Assembly: GCA_023920165.1 (NCBI GenBank)
Contig: CP089274.1
Span: forward strand, 2,852,001-2,916,000
Length of the DNA stretch: 64,000 nt
Source of the DNA: Curvularia clavata
Lineage: Eukaryota
Reading direction: 5' to 3'
Part shown: one piece after another, positions 1-11,753 of the stretch
Position numbering within the stretch: position 1 is the stretch's first letter
Layout: each line of letters opens with the position of its first letter
The notes under the pieces: model-generated
The model's input: the letters and a program-made list of their open reading frames with translations, nothing else
Told to the model about the DNA's origin: nothing
Database searches by the model: none
Position numbers and translations under genes: made by a program

Positions 1-2118
1 ACAGTCTTAAGCAAGCAGCTACAAGGTGCGTCTTTGACAACACATGATGAGATCACACTGAACTAAGCCGATCCTTCTAGCGAGGTTTGTGTGCTTGATT
101 TGCGTTTTCTACACCGGGCCTCCAACACGAATCGCAAGGAAACACTCACGACATTGGAGGAGTTGAAACAAAGAATTTACCTGAGAAGGCCCATGGCACG
201 GCAACTACAGGATCTCAGTGGGGAGTCAAGACTATGGCAGTCTCGCCTTCTACCACCACAGACACAGGCAAACAGCCACGAGTCGACCCGCCCTTTACTG
301 GATGAGTATGCCAGTTACCCTTCACATGTCGACTACCGGCATACAGTACAAAGCCCAGCCGAGTACTATCGCTCGCTTGGTAACCGGGATACACCCAGTC
401 CGGCCCTTCCAGCTTATGAACCTGCACAAGCCGCGGACCTGAATCTAGGCAAGGCGCTCGAACGCCTCCCTCCCGATCATCGCGCAGCTGCAATGAGGGA
501 CATCCAGAAGATGATAATGTCATACCAAGGACTTAGTCTCGATAGCAGAGCTCATCAGCAACAGAGGCATGGATACAATGACAGCTACTCTGGGCGACAT
601 GAATTCTACAGCGCGCCCAGCGACCGTCATGTATCTGAATCGGTCGTAACGGACTTTGAAAAAGAAATCTATGATCAACTACAGAATCTTGGAGCAACCC
701 CAGACCAAGACACAGTGCATTCTAGGCCTCTGGTGTTCAAGCAGGATATGTTTGGGTTAGAGAAGGAGCAGTCTGAGTACCTACGGCCGTTCCATTCGAT
801 GCAAACGAGAGCACCGAGACAACCAAGGTGGTCCGAATCCTCAGGCGGCAGCTCTTCTCAGTCAAATATTGCATCACTCGATCGGAACAGCTCCAATTCC
901 TCGCAAGGCTCATCGAACAAAATACCCTGTGCGCCGTCTCAGCAGCCACTGTCCGCTGAGCATGCTCGTGTCCCGTCAGTACCAGCAACGTTCGACGAGG
1001 ACAGTAAGCAAGATGAGGACCGCCGTAGTATGCACGCATCTTCCTCATACTCTGCTTCAGAAGATGAGTACACTCCTCCGCCTATACCACCGTTGGCCCC
1101 CTCACGCAGCCAGCCTAACACCTCACCAAATGATCCACCTGGAAAGCCTTCAAATAGCGAAATAGCTCCTAAAACCAATGCCAGTGGAGTTCAAATAACG
1201 CACCAGACATGGTCAGGAACTCAACCAACAATTTACTCACCATTGCAAACACAATATACCGTTGAAATCACCGCCAACAATGCCCCATCAAGCACACAAG
1301 CCCACCACCGAACACCCTCCAGCCTCTCTGCCCTCGCAGCATCCCTCAATCCCAAAAAGCTCACCCGGACAACCAGTATCAACCGCTCCGTGCGCTCTCA
1401 AACCTCGACCTCCAGCTCCAGCAGCGCCTCAAACCCCAGCGGCCCCCTCACCCGCACCACGCAACAAACCACCATCCCCAGCAACCCTCTCCTTCCGACC
1501 GAAACCATAATGCACGGCCGCCCTGACAAATCAAACGACTACTGGGGCTTCTGCAAAGGCGCATGGGCAACCCAAGAATCTCTATCCAAGGGGCTCGCCG
1601 TGCGCGCCCAACCCTGCGGCTACTACGTCATCAAGCACCAGTGGTCATGCCGGTACTGTGTCTTTGCGGGCCCTGTATTCAAAGCGCCGCATCCGAGTGG
1701 TAAGAAGGGAAAGAGCATCGATATTGTGGATCCGAGGGTGAAGGTCTCGGCGGCAGGGGTGCGATATCGCTGGGTTTTTTTGGCAAAGAGTCATGTGAGG
1801 AAGAAGATTGGGGGTGCGCCTACGACGACGGCGACACAGGTGGCTGCGGCGGTGGGAGGTGCTGTGGGAGGAGGAGATGATAATTTTGGGTGCGTGTTTT
1901 GTTGTCTGGAGGATAGGGTGTCGGGGGTCTATGGGGGCGTGGAGACGCTGATGAAGCATGTTTTGCAGGTGCATGGCGTGAAGGGCATGAGTGAGCAGGT
2001 GTGTAGAAAGGCCAAGTGTATTTTGGGAAGGGTGGCGAGGACAGATGAGGAGTTTGATGTTAACATTCCATTTCTGGGTTCCGAGGCGGCGGATAGGTTG
2101 CGGGAGATGGGGGAGTGA
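1..2118 (+). CDS. 5'-truncated conserved fungal hypothetical protein with a Ser/Pro/Thr-rich middle and a Cys/His-rich C-terminal domain
   Basis: 675-aa ORF; probable intron 26-80 (GTGCGT...CTAAG...TAG) extends the frame beyond the window start; C-terminal motifs YWGFCKGAW, WSCRYC, GVRYRWVFLAKSH, CVFC and MKHVLQVH. Confidence 0.75.
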
Positions 2119-2377
2119 GGAATGGGTTCTCTGGCGTTGGGGTTTCGGCGTTGGAAAATTGCTTGGGATGCATGTTTTTTTGGATACCCCCTTTTGCGCA
2201 TGAGTAACAGCGCGTGGTTTTTTGTTGGCTGTATTTGTAGATGAACAGCTTCATGATTGAGACCTCTCTCTCTGGTGCACTTCCTTTTCGTAAACTTTTT
2301 CGCTCAGGAATGTTCCTCCAGATTGTCGAAACACCAAAGCCTTCAACATTACATTCTGCTAAGCCCTGACATCACTC

Positions 2378-4354
2378 TCACACTATGGTAACGGTTCTCC
2401 TCTCCCATTGAGACTGAGACACAGCTTCTTCGTCAAAGTCCATGATGAGCCTATTGAATTCATATTGCCTTTGAGACAGTGACGTGTTCAAAATCTCGCC
2501 TGTTGATTCCCGCGCGTCGACAACCCAGCTAATTTCGCAGTTCCACCGGCCGATGCGACGGAAAACGCCCGGTTCCACCTCCTCCAAGACCAAGGCGAAG
2601 ATCCAAAAGCGATTGTCCACAGAATTTTGAGCTCCCAGGTAGGCTAGGTGAAGCGTTTTGCAAGACGCCTCAGGCTGAAACTCAGTGTTCAAATCATATC
2701 CAAACAGAAGAGGCATGCCGTCATGAGTCCGGGAGAGTGGACACGAGACAATCCATGTCGTCAGCTTTATGAGGGGGAGAAACATCTCATAGCTGTCCTT
2801 GTGCTTGATAAATGCCCAGAGATTCATGTCCCCATCTGTCCTATGGGTGAAGCGAACTTGGATTTGATCGCATCGCAATAAACCATTTTCAGAAACCTCG
2901 GGTTTTAGTGTATGAAAACAGCCCTGCAACGATTTTAATTTGGTAGAAGCCCAGCTAAAAGATGGAAAAAGATTCATCCTTGATATTTTGTATAGGGGTA
3001 TGTCGTGGCTACTGTTTCTTGTGGCTGCCCAGCAGAGGTTTGAGACAAAACGGGTTTGTGCTAGATCTTCATCTTCGTGCTTGTATATAAGGAACACACC
3101 GTAAAAATGCGTCAATCTGAAAGGAAAACTCTCCAGTTGGTCATAAGCGCTAATGATGCCTTTGAAGGCATTGATAACATCGGTATCAAAAGACAATTGT
3201 CTCGAGTAATACTCCGTCAACCGTTCTTGGAGTTCGAAAACAGTGTAGCCAACACCGTTAAATGGAAATGCTCGTAGTTGCGGGCGCATTCCAAAGGTTG
3301 ACGCTGTGAAACTCGGATGCAAACTCTCCATGCAATGCGTTGTTCTGCACTGGAAATACATTTGAGTATTGGTAAAGACCAGCCGTCGACGAGATAGGAG
3401 CATCTCTTGGTATGTCCATCCGCGTTCTGCCCACTTGGTAATACCGATTTCGTCGAATATGGGATCAACGCCGAGAAAGGTTGTGTCAGGAAGGGTCAAG
3501 GATAGTTGCGGTTTTCTTGGAGTTCCTCGAACGCCAGGAAGGCCATGATGAGGGTCATCTCCGCAGGCAGCTATAATAGTAATTTCTGCGCCTTCATAGA
3601 CCCTGTTCATATTCTGGATAGTATTGTGTTTCTCTTGCAGATTTTCCTGGTCGATGCAGTAACGATCTACCCATAGAAATGGTACCTCTAGGGCAATAGC
3701 CACAGCCATGGCGTCTTCTATTGTTTTTGGTAGCTCTGCTGGTAGCTCGTCCCCGAAGCTCTGCGTTTCCCGTGCGGCGCCACTTCCCCACACGTAGCTC
3801 AGGCATGCATACGGTTCATCCGGTCTTACTGCAATGAGTCGGCGTGACTTGCAGTCGATGACCCTCAGAACATGTTTGCCAACCGCTCCTCGTATACACT
3901 CTTGACCGTGTGACTTCTTGCATATGTCTACTTGTTTTCGGATGAATTGATAGTCTGGCTCATCAGGGCAAACTATCCGGCGAACAACCTGGGGATGTGC
4001 AAATTCTGTGCTTTGTATAGGAAAAAGTTCGACGGTATTCAATGTGTAGTAGGACTCAAATTTCAAGCCTATAGTCATTCCCCCCACTTGCGTAGGGCTA
4101 TCAAGAAGATAGTATAAATAGACATGATCGCGATATGAAAACGAGCCATATATCCATTCGAAAACGCGGCAGAATTGAGCACAAAGAGCACAGTCGGCTT
4201 GTAGAGATTCTACTGAAACCATAGTGATGAAATCAGGCGTGTTGTTGGTCCAGTTTTCTTTTATCTCGGTGGGCAAATATGCACAGCGATGGCAGTAGTA
4301 GTTGCTGTTGATTTCGTCGTGTCCCTGAACGGGGCGGGGCGTGACGTCTCTCAT
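2378..4354 (-). CDS. Heterokaryon incompatibility (HET) domain protein
   Basis: Intronless ORF with HET motifs LRVIDC, YACLSYVWG, LPKTIEDA...LWVDRYCIDQ and W-x-x-RGWTYQE-x-x-LSRR; first in-frame ATG at 4354 (ORF open to 4435). Confidence 0.9.
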   Translation of the reverse strand: MRDVTPRPVQGHDEINSNYYCHRCAYLPTEIKENWTNNTPDFITMVSVESLQADCALCAQFCRVFEWIYGSFSYRDHVYLYYLLDSPTQVGGMTIGLKFESYYTLNTVELFPIQSTEFAHPQVVRRIVCPDEPDYQFIRKQVDICKKSHGQECIRGAVGKHVLRVIDCKSRRLIAVRPDEPYACLSYVWGSGAARETQSFGDELPAELPKTIEDAMAVAIALEVPFLWVDRYCIDQENLQEKHNTIQNMNRVYEGAEITIIAACGDDPHHGLPGVRGTPRKPQLSLTLPDTTFLGVDPIFDEIGITKWAERGWTYQEMLLSRRRLVFTNTQMYFQCRTTHCMESLHPSFTASTFGMRPQLRAFPFNGVGYTVFELQERLTEYYSRQLSFDTDVINAFKGIISAYDQLESFPFRLTHFYGVFLIYKHEDEDLAQTRFVSNLCWAATRNSSHDIPLYKISRMNLFPSFSWASTKLKSLQGCFHTLKPEVSENGLLRCDQIQVRFTHRTDGDMNLWAFIKHKDSYEMFLPLIKLTTWIVSCPLSRTHDGMPLLFGYDLNTEFQPEASCKTLHLAYLGAQNSVDNRFWIFALVLEEVEPGVFRRIGRWNCEISWVVDARESTGEILNTSLSQRQYEFNRLIMDFDEEAVSQSQWERRTVTIV

Positions 4355-5011
4355 GGTTCTTCTTTCGTGTTTGGATGTGTTGTAAATCGTGCTTGCGTTT
4401 GCTTCTGAGGTTTCTCTATCGATTAATCGGTTCAACAGTCAAATAAATGTATATCAGTCTTTATCCATTAGCTCTGATTCTAAAAGGCGCTACAGTAGTG
4501 AGTGCCTGGAGCATGTGGCTTAGACTTCAGGCAGACAGCCCATGCAACCACCCCCACCTAGCGATTCTGCCGGGTGCAACACCGAGACGGAGTGCAGGAC
4601 TGGCAAACATACCCAGCGATTAAAAAGTCATGACTGAGGATGTTGGGGGATATACATGATTTGGCGTTGCTCAGGACTCTAGGGAAAGACAAGTTTCATA
4701 AAGCTCGGACGTGAGGGGTGTACTTTATGAGAAGGAGCGAGTTTGAGAGGCTAAGAGCTGAACTTGTACATTTGATCGGAAGGAGCAAAAACTACAGCAA
4801 AGAACAACAACAGATATCTTTGTAACCAAACACATGAACGACGCTGTAAGAAGATCCCTCCCTTGGCATTGAATCCCGTGTTCCCCAAATGTATTTTCCA
4901 AGACCGTCTTTAAACGCCCGCTACTCGTGTGATATTCAGACAGCCTACGAAGAAATGAATATCGACTTGAAGCCCTAACTCCAGAAACAATAAAGAGATA
5001 TGATAGCAATT

Positions 5012-6370
5012 TTATACCTGCCCATGCGCCTGATTACCCGAACGACCCATATCTACACTCTTGTGGTACTTCCTGCATGGCATATCTTCGTGTGACTGCG
5101 GCTCCTCGTCCTCTTCTTCAATATCAAACATGCGTCTCAACTCTTTGCAGGCAATTAAGTACTGCTGCCTTGCACCAGGGCTCTCTCTGAGAGGATTGGG
5201 TGCCTTGTCCCAGCCATGCGGCACCCCCGGTACACAGTGGTAGTGAACACGCTTGCCAAGATCATTTTGGAGACGATCGCGGAAGCGCTCGCCTTCAGCA
5301 AGGAGCATGTCCCATTCGCAACAGAAGAGGACAATATCATCGGGCAGCGCCTCGAGCATATGGTTTGGTGCTACACCGGGACTCAGCCACGGATGGGCGA
5401 GGTCGAGCGAGGGCGGCTGGAGGTATGAATCGTCGAAGAGATCGGTGAAGACGGCGGGGAGGTTTTGGTCGACTCGTGCGCAGGTCTCGCGGCGCTGTGC
5501 GCGTGTTTGTGTATAGTCGGTTGGTGGATAGAAGGATACTATGCCTCTGATCTTAAGAACCGCGTTGGTGGCTTCTGTCGTGACCGAGACACCCGAGTGG
5601 TCTTTGTACGAAGTTACGAGGGATAGCGAGGATGCGCCCGTTTGGCGGAGCATGGCGATTCGGTCGAGGCGCGATTTCTGGCGTATGAGCGGGATACGTG
5701 AGCCACTAGGGGTAAGGTTCTGAGTAGAGCCTTGAGGCTGCTGGATGACGGCGTTGGGAACGCTGCCCGCTCTCTGGTCGATGATCTTCGCGCCGGAGGG
5801 AGTTCGATCGAACAATTCGCCCTGTAGACACAACGGGACCGTAAAGCTCATGTTTCCTCCTGACGAGAAGCCTGAGATTGCGAAGCGATCCGCATCGAGC
5901 ATCAGCTCATCTGCGTGCTGTGCCAGCCATAGCAATGCGTCGGCACCGTCTTCTACGGCCGTAGGAAAGGGATTTTCGGGGGCGAGACGATAGTCGACGC
6001 TGACAACGACAGCTCCAACTTCATCGACGACGGCACCGCACCAGCGCGCATCGTCGTGCGCTGTTCCGAGAACGAAACCGCCGCCATGGAAGTTGATGAC
6101 GACAGGGTATTTCTTGGTGCCCTTGAGCTTCTTGTGCTTCTTGTAGTCGCTGGGTACGTAGAAGTTGAGGCGAAACTTGCTCTTGATGGGCGATACAGTG
6201 GCGTCGATGTCCCTGTGGAAGGCGGGCTTGGGGGGTCGTGGTCGTGCGAGGCGGTGCAGCATCATTCCGATACCCATGAGCACGCGCCAAAACTGCGCCT
6301 GGACGTGGAGGATCCATCGCGGCCGGCTGGCCTTGTGCTGCTGGGGAGCGGTATCGACCGAGACGGTCAT
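5012..6370 (-). CDS. Alpha/beta hydrolase (HSL/GDXG-type lipase/esterase)
   Basis: 452-aa ORF with HGGGF oxyanion motif, DYRLAPE, GFSSGG nucleophile elbow, EWD acid and PHGW catalytic His. Confidence 0.92.
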   Translation of the reverse strand: MTVSVDTAPQQHKASRPRWILHVQAQFWRVLMGIGMMLHRLARPRPPKPAFHRDIDATVSPIKSKFRLNFYVPSDYKKHKKLKGTKKYPVVINFHGGGFVLGTAHDDARWCGAVVDEVGAVVVSVDYRLAPENPFPTAVEDGADALLWLAQHADELMLDADRFAISGFSSGGNMSFTVPLCLQGELFDRTPSGAKIIDQRAGSVPNAVIQQPQGSTQNLTPSGSRIPLIRQKSRLDRIAMLRQTGASSLSLVTSYKDHSGVSVTTEATNAVLKIRGIVSFYPPTDYTQTRAQRRETCARVDQNLPAVFTDLFDDSYLQPPSLDLAHPWLSPGVAPNHMLEALPDDIVLFCCEWDMLLAEGERFRDRLQNDLGKRVHYHCVPGVPHGWDKAPNPLRESPGARQQYLIACKELRRMFDIEEEDEEPQSHEDMPCRKYHKSVDMGRSGNQAHGQV

Positions 6371-6954
6371 TTCGGGTTGAGTGTGTTGGTGTAACAGATC
6401 AAAGTCACGCGCGCCATAAATGAGGCCGCGGGGGATAGAGAGTAGGCCAGAGCTGAGATATGTACGAATCGAAAAGTCAAATAGGGAATTGCGACGCTGG
6501 GCGATGACGTAGGCCTTTAAGGGGTCCGCCCGCTAATGGCGGGTCAAGCTTACACGTACATACAGCGTCGCCCTGCGCCCGTCGCGCTATCAGCCGCTTT
6601 GGGAAACATTATAGAAGGTCTGCAAAGCTGCTCGGTTGGAGCGGCATGAATTCATACCGCCCGCTAGTGATATCATTGCGACTACCTACACTGCGAAAAC
6701 CACAGCCAGGATCCATATGTCTCAAAACCCAACCCCCAAAAAACAAAGCAAGCCGGAACGGGTATAGGGCTGCTCAAGTCCTCAGAGAAGCGCCAGACGC
6801 TCGCCTATTGATGCTGCCGCAAGTAATAAATCCATACTAAAAGTTGACTGTCAAAAGTCAAGACCGCATATCAGACGACGCCGACACAGTCAGATGCAAG
6901 AAGCAAGAGAAATGCAAACCAAGAAACACAAGTGTTAAAAGACGGGCAAGGTGG

Positions 6955-7523
6955 TTAGGCGTCGATGAACTCGTACTCCTCGTCCTCGGGAGCAACCCGT
7001 TGCTTGCCTCGGGCGACGTCGTCGTCGTCGAGGTCGAGCACCTCGTACTCGCGCTTGACCAGCTTCTCTGTCTCCTTGGTCTCGAAACGCTCGACGGCCT
7101 TGTCGAGCGCGTAGTTGAGGATCTGGCTGCCGTGTGTAGGACCGCGAGAGGCATCGTATGAGTATGCGATGTCAGCGTCTGGAGCAGGGGCTGTCGAGGG
7201 GTGCTCGACGTCCTCATCGGCCGACGAGTCGTCGCTAGCGGACGCCATGTCCTTGTTGAAGGCGGTGCGAGCCTTCATGGGAGGGACATAGGACCTGAAT
7301 GGATCAGTTAGTACTCTGATGGACGACGCCTGGCGAGTAGGATGGGGGTTGAAGCTTACTTGATAGAAGAGCACGGCTTTGCAGGGCGTGGCTTGCCGTC
7401 TTCCTCGCGTCGTCCAGGACCATACGACTGGCCATGGGCCCACTTTGTCCTGCTGTTCTTGTCGCGGTTGAACTCCCTGGCACTGCTGCGAAGGTCGGCA
7501 GTGAAGGTCTGCGAGGCTGACAT
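6955..7523 (-). CDS. Small acidic fungal hypothetical protein (2 exons)
   Basis: ATG 7523 (MSASQTF...); intron 7295-7359 (GTAAGC...CTAAC...CAG) joins ...SSIK to SYVPPM...YSYDASRGP...ALDKAVERFETKETEKLVKREYEVLD; strong codon bias. Confidence 0.75.
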
Positions 7524-7761
7524 TGTGGAGACGAGGGCGGCGGCGAGGATGCCTGGGGCTGTTGAGTATACTATGGTTGTGTCTGGTGTAGTGTATACGG
7601 TAGAGCAAGAGGGTGTAGTGGTAGGTTGCAAGGAGTGGCAGGGTAGATGTGGAGGGTGGTTGAGGAGTAAAGGTAGGTTAGGTTAGGGGAAGAGAGAGGG
7701 AGCTACAGGCACGACAGGGTCAGGTAATAACCAGGTGGATGACTGGCGGCTGTCTTATGAA

Positions 7762-7781
7762 TGACTCTGAGAAGTGACTCA
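7762..7781. promoter_or_regulatory. Two Gcn4/CpcA-type elements (TGACTCT, TGACTCA)
   Basis: Motifs at 7762-7768 and 7775-7781, about 250 bp upstream of the ATG at 7523. Confidence 0.4.
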
Positions 7782-8607
7782 GGATGATGAGTGGCTAAGC
7801 AGGCAGCTGTGAAGGAATGCTAAGGCTCGTGTAACAGGGCAGAGTGAATGCAGCATGGCCAGGCCCGCGGACAGTGCCGCCCTTTATGAGGTCAAAGGCG
7901 TCAGCACTGTCCGCGTCCCCGCTCGTTGCGTGGTTCCTGATAAGGAGGCCGTGAAGGAGGGCGAGGCGTGGGCGTGGGAGCACGCTCATGACTGCAACGC
8001 CAGCCTCCGACTCGCCGAGGCCCGTTGCCCGCGTTAACCCGATGCGCCTCCGGTTTGACGGTGCCGGCCATGCCATGGCAATGGTGTCATCATGGCGGTT
8101 TCATCATGAGTCTTTTGCTGGCCAACGTGGGCGAGTTGGAGGCCTGCCGGAGTTCCTTGCTAGCCACTATTTACGTATGCTCGATCGAGGTACCGCCATG
8201 GCCAAGGGGGTCAAGCTGAAGCTCTCCTCAAGCTCAAGCTCAAGCTCAAGCCCTCCGATCGCCGACCCCACATGTTACGGACCTCCACACTATGCGCCTA
8301 TGTATGGATGTGCCTACTATCTGTCGCTTCATGTGTGTGCATCCCAACAATCGCCGCGTATTACATTGGCACGCTGCCTCGATAACGACCCGGATTCGGC
8401 CGCCTATCTGTGACTGCGCCCTTTTCCCTAGCCCCCAGCCCTCACGCCCTAGAGCCTTCGCGAACGCATGCACCCCATACCAGTACCATAGTCCGGGGTT
8501 GCGCCCTCGCGCAATCAGCGTCCGTCCAACTCTAACGTGTCGACTTCTCGACGCTACATGGTACACAGCATGCGCCACTAACAAGACCCCTATTCATGAC
8601 TCTCTAC

Positions 8608-9280
8608 TCAAGTATGGTACGCGGCCTCGTCTTCGTCCGTCTCGCTGCCCTCTACCTGGCCAGCCTCGCTTGGGAGCATGTCGGGGAACCACCCGTACTC
8701 CTCCAGATCCACCGTGTACTGGCCCATGCCATCCTGCGTTACCACAACACCCTCTCTCCGCAGCGCGTCGGCCTGGTGCGCTGCCGCGTTGGGGCCTCTT
8801 TGTCCAGTTAGCATGCACAAAGAAAAGCAACAAACAGGTCTTTGTTGCTATGACGGACACAGAGGCGCTGACCTCGGGCTGATGCCGCCTCTGGCATTGA
8901 TCACGCGCTGCCAAGGCACGTTGCCGCTATGAAACCTAGGCCTCGTCTTGCTGCTGTCGCCCGATGCTGAGGGCAGGTTCTTGAGACACACCCCAACCTG
9001 TCTTTTGACGTCATGCCTGTTAGTTGCGTAGTGACATAGTAGGCGTGTACTGTACGTGTATGCCATGATCATGGTGATGGGGGCATGCTACCTGGGACAT
9101 TCGGCTGCGAACAAGTCAGCAACTTGTCGTCATCATCATCCACCAGCACGACGCACGCTTTCCCACCAGCCTAGCAATGTGCCCGTAACTGGTGACCTTG
9201 CCATGCGGGATTTCCTGGATCGCCTCGTACACGGCTGTATACCACAGCCACACCTCTTCAGAGCGCTCGCCCGGTGCCAT
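8608..9280 (-). CDS. ATL1: Alkyltransferase-like protein (O6-alkylguanine DNA-binding, MGMT family)
   Basis: Exons 9280-9157, 9104-9092, 9001-8873 and 8797-8608 give ...IPHGKVTSYGHIARLVGKPECPRQVG...VPWQRVINARGGISPR...; Trp replaces the catalytic Cys of MGMT (PCHRV). Confidence 0.9.
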
Positions 9281-9478
9281 AATGAGTAGTTGTTTGTAAT
9301 CCAAAATAGTAAGGAAGAAGTGAGGGACATTGCCGGCCAGGCGGCGATCGCGACGGGAGAGACGCCATGACGCGAGATCACGTGATGTGCCATGATGCGC
9401 GTGCCAAGCCCATCGACTTTCCCTGCCAAACTTCGCGACCTCCACACAGCCCGCGCCCACCCCTACCACCAATCAAGC

Positions 9479-10525
9479 ATGTCTGGACTTGCCGACTACT
9501 TGGCCAAAAACTACCTTACCGCTGACTCGGAAAAGAAATCTAAAAAGCGCAAAAGAAAGAACAAGGATGCCGGCCTCATCATCGAAGACGACGACAACTT
9601 GGGCTGGAAGGACAAGGCGGACGATGACGACGACGATGCGCCAATGATAAGTGAGCATCCCTAGCTACTTGCTCGCAGATCTCGACAGCTAACGTTGGAC
9701 CGACCAGTTGGCGGAGGTACACTCAAGAAGTCAAAGAAGAAATCAAAAGGCACCGACGCAGCACCGTGGACAGCTGTAGGAGTCGCTGCACCCTCACATG
9801 CCGCGCAACTCGCTGCCGACGCGGCTGCCGCTGATGCCATCATCGCAGGCACCGCTGCTGATCGCCAAAAGGCAGCAGAGGCTGAAGACGAAGCGCCAGA
9901 GATGGTGGACCAAGAAGGCATTCTCAAGACAGCCTCTGGCGCAAAGGCAGGCTTGCAAACGGCCGCCGAAGTCGAGGCTGCCATGCACAAGAAGATGGCA
10001 GAGGATAAGCTCCAGGCGGAGAAAATCGCAAAGGAAATGGGCGGCGCTGCCCCTGAAACCATATACCGAGACGCCAGTGGTCGCATTATCAACGTCGCAA
10101 TGAAGCGCGCAGAGGCACGTAAGAAGGCAGAGGAAGAGGAGCGTCAGAAGCGCGAGAAGGAACGAGCCGCACGCGGAGATGTCCAGAACGCCGAGGCCGA
10201 GCGCCGGAAACAACAGCTGCAGGATGCGAAGACGATGACACTCGCTCGATACGCAGATGACGCCGAACTCAATGACGAGCTGAAGGAGCGAGATCATTGG
10301 AACGACCCGGCCCTGGGCTTTCTACGCAAGAAGAAGGCAGGGCGCAGTATTACAGGCAAGCCACTTTATAAAGGGCCGTTTCAGCCAAACAGATATAATA
10401 TTCGCCCTGGCCACCGGTGGGATGGCATTGACCGAAGCAACGGGTTCGAGAAGCAGTGGTTCGATTCGAGGAATCGCAAAGCAAATATTGAGAAGCTCGA
10501 GTACCAGTGGCAAATGGACGACTAG
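9479..10525 (+). CDS. BUD13: Pre-mRNA splicing factor Bud13/Cwc26 (RES complex)
   Basis: [13 protein letters not shown] start; intron 9651-9707; [14 protein letters not shown] and C-terminal [22 protein letters not shown]. Confidence 0.93.
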
Positions 10526-11464
10526 TGTTTATCGTGGAAGAGCAAATTACATAAAACGGCTTTCGTGTTTACTTGCATAGCGCGGCGTTTGGGATTTTCA
10601 CAAATACATCTTGGATTTCAGTCAGTTTTGCGACCGGTACGATTCCTGGTTCACTGGCTTCGAGACACATTGTAGTGAATTGCGTCGAATTGAGGGTATG
10701 CTGCCTACAAGCATACATTTGTCCGGCGAAAAAGTACTTCTGCAATAAAACATGAAAATAAGAGACTTTACTGTTCAAATAACACTCGGATTCAGAACGC
10801 AGAACACATCATTAGCTGAACATTGTCGTGAATTTGCAGAGGCTTACAAAGATAGACATGCATAGTTATGTGCTTCTCCATACTAGATTAACCCCACCTT
10901 ATACAGCTAGGTAGTTATTGCGTGGTTTACTAAATCAATCCTTTATCAAACAATTGCCGAGTCCAGCACCCACAAATCCCAACGCTGCCTGCTCACATCC
11001 TAACATCGTCGAACGCAAGAGAAAGTGGTTATTTTCCAGCACGAGAGTTTAAATTGCTATAGACACAAAGAAAATCACCACACTATCGAACCCACATTTC
11101 GTATACTAGTCGTGTAGCCGTGGTTGCGGCTAATGCGTGTTGAATGGAATCATCACACACAACCCACAAGCATAGCACAGTCACAAACAACACATATGGG
11201 CACTTCATTCCATTATGTCAATTTATTTCATTTCATTCACAATGAGCGTCCCTTCATACATCAGAATCCCTAATCCCCCCTTTCAGTAAGCAAGGAACTA
11301 GAAACATCGCCGTGCCCTTCCCCCCTTCCACCCATACACTTGACATTCCCGTACCCTCATGCGCTAGATGAAGCAGGCCATTCGTCTTGTCGTTGAAGCT
11401 TTAAAACTAATTCAAGGGAATACTGGGATGGATGGGGTTCTAGAGCCGGGAGTACATGGGCGAT

Positions 11465-11753
11465 TTAGTGCTATGAGAGGTATTAGTATATGTTGCTGTT
11501 CTAGGATAAAGAAGACAAGGAGGACGGGGACGTACGGAGCAAGATCCACAGTTGCAGCTGGAGCAGTCGCCAGAGCACTTGCAAGAGGTGCAGTTGCTGT
11601 TGTCTCGAATTAGCACATGAAGATCCATCATATCTTGTTCGCTCTGGGGCCATCTCGACGAGTAGGAGGTCGGCAGCACGACCATCACGGTACTGCCGCT
11701 ATGCAAGCAAGCCAGGCCAGCAGTAAAAAGGGCAAGACGTACCAGGGAGCCAT
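11465..11753 (-). CDS. Metallothionein, 25 aa (MAPCNCTSCKCSGDCSSCNCGSCSH), 3 exons
   Basis: Exons 11753-11743, 11596-11536 and 11470-11465; both introns have GTACGT donors, CTAAT branch points and YAG acceptors; 8 Cys with three CxC motifs; TATATAAG at 11873-11866. Confidence 0.85.

Noticed and set aside
10455..10472. GGTTCGATTC resembling a tRNA T-loop/B box
   Set aside because: Lies inside the BUD13 coding sequence with no cloverleaf
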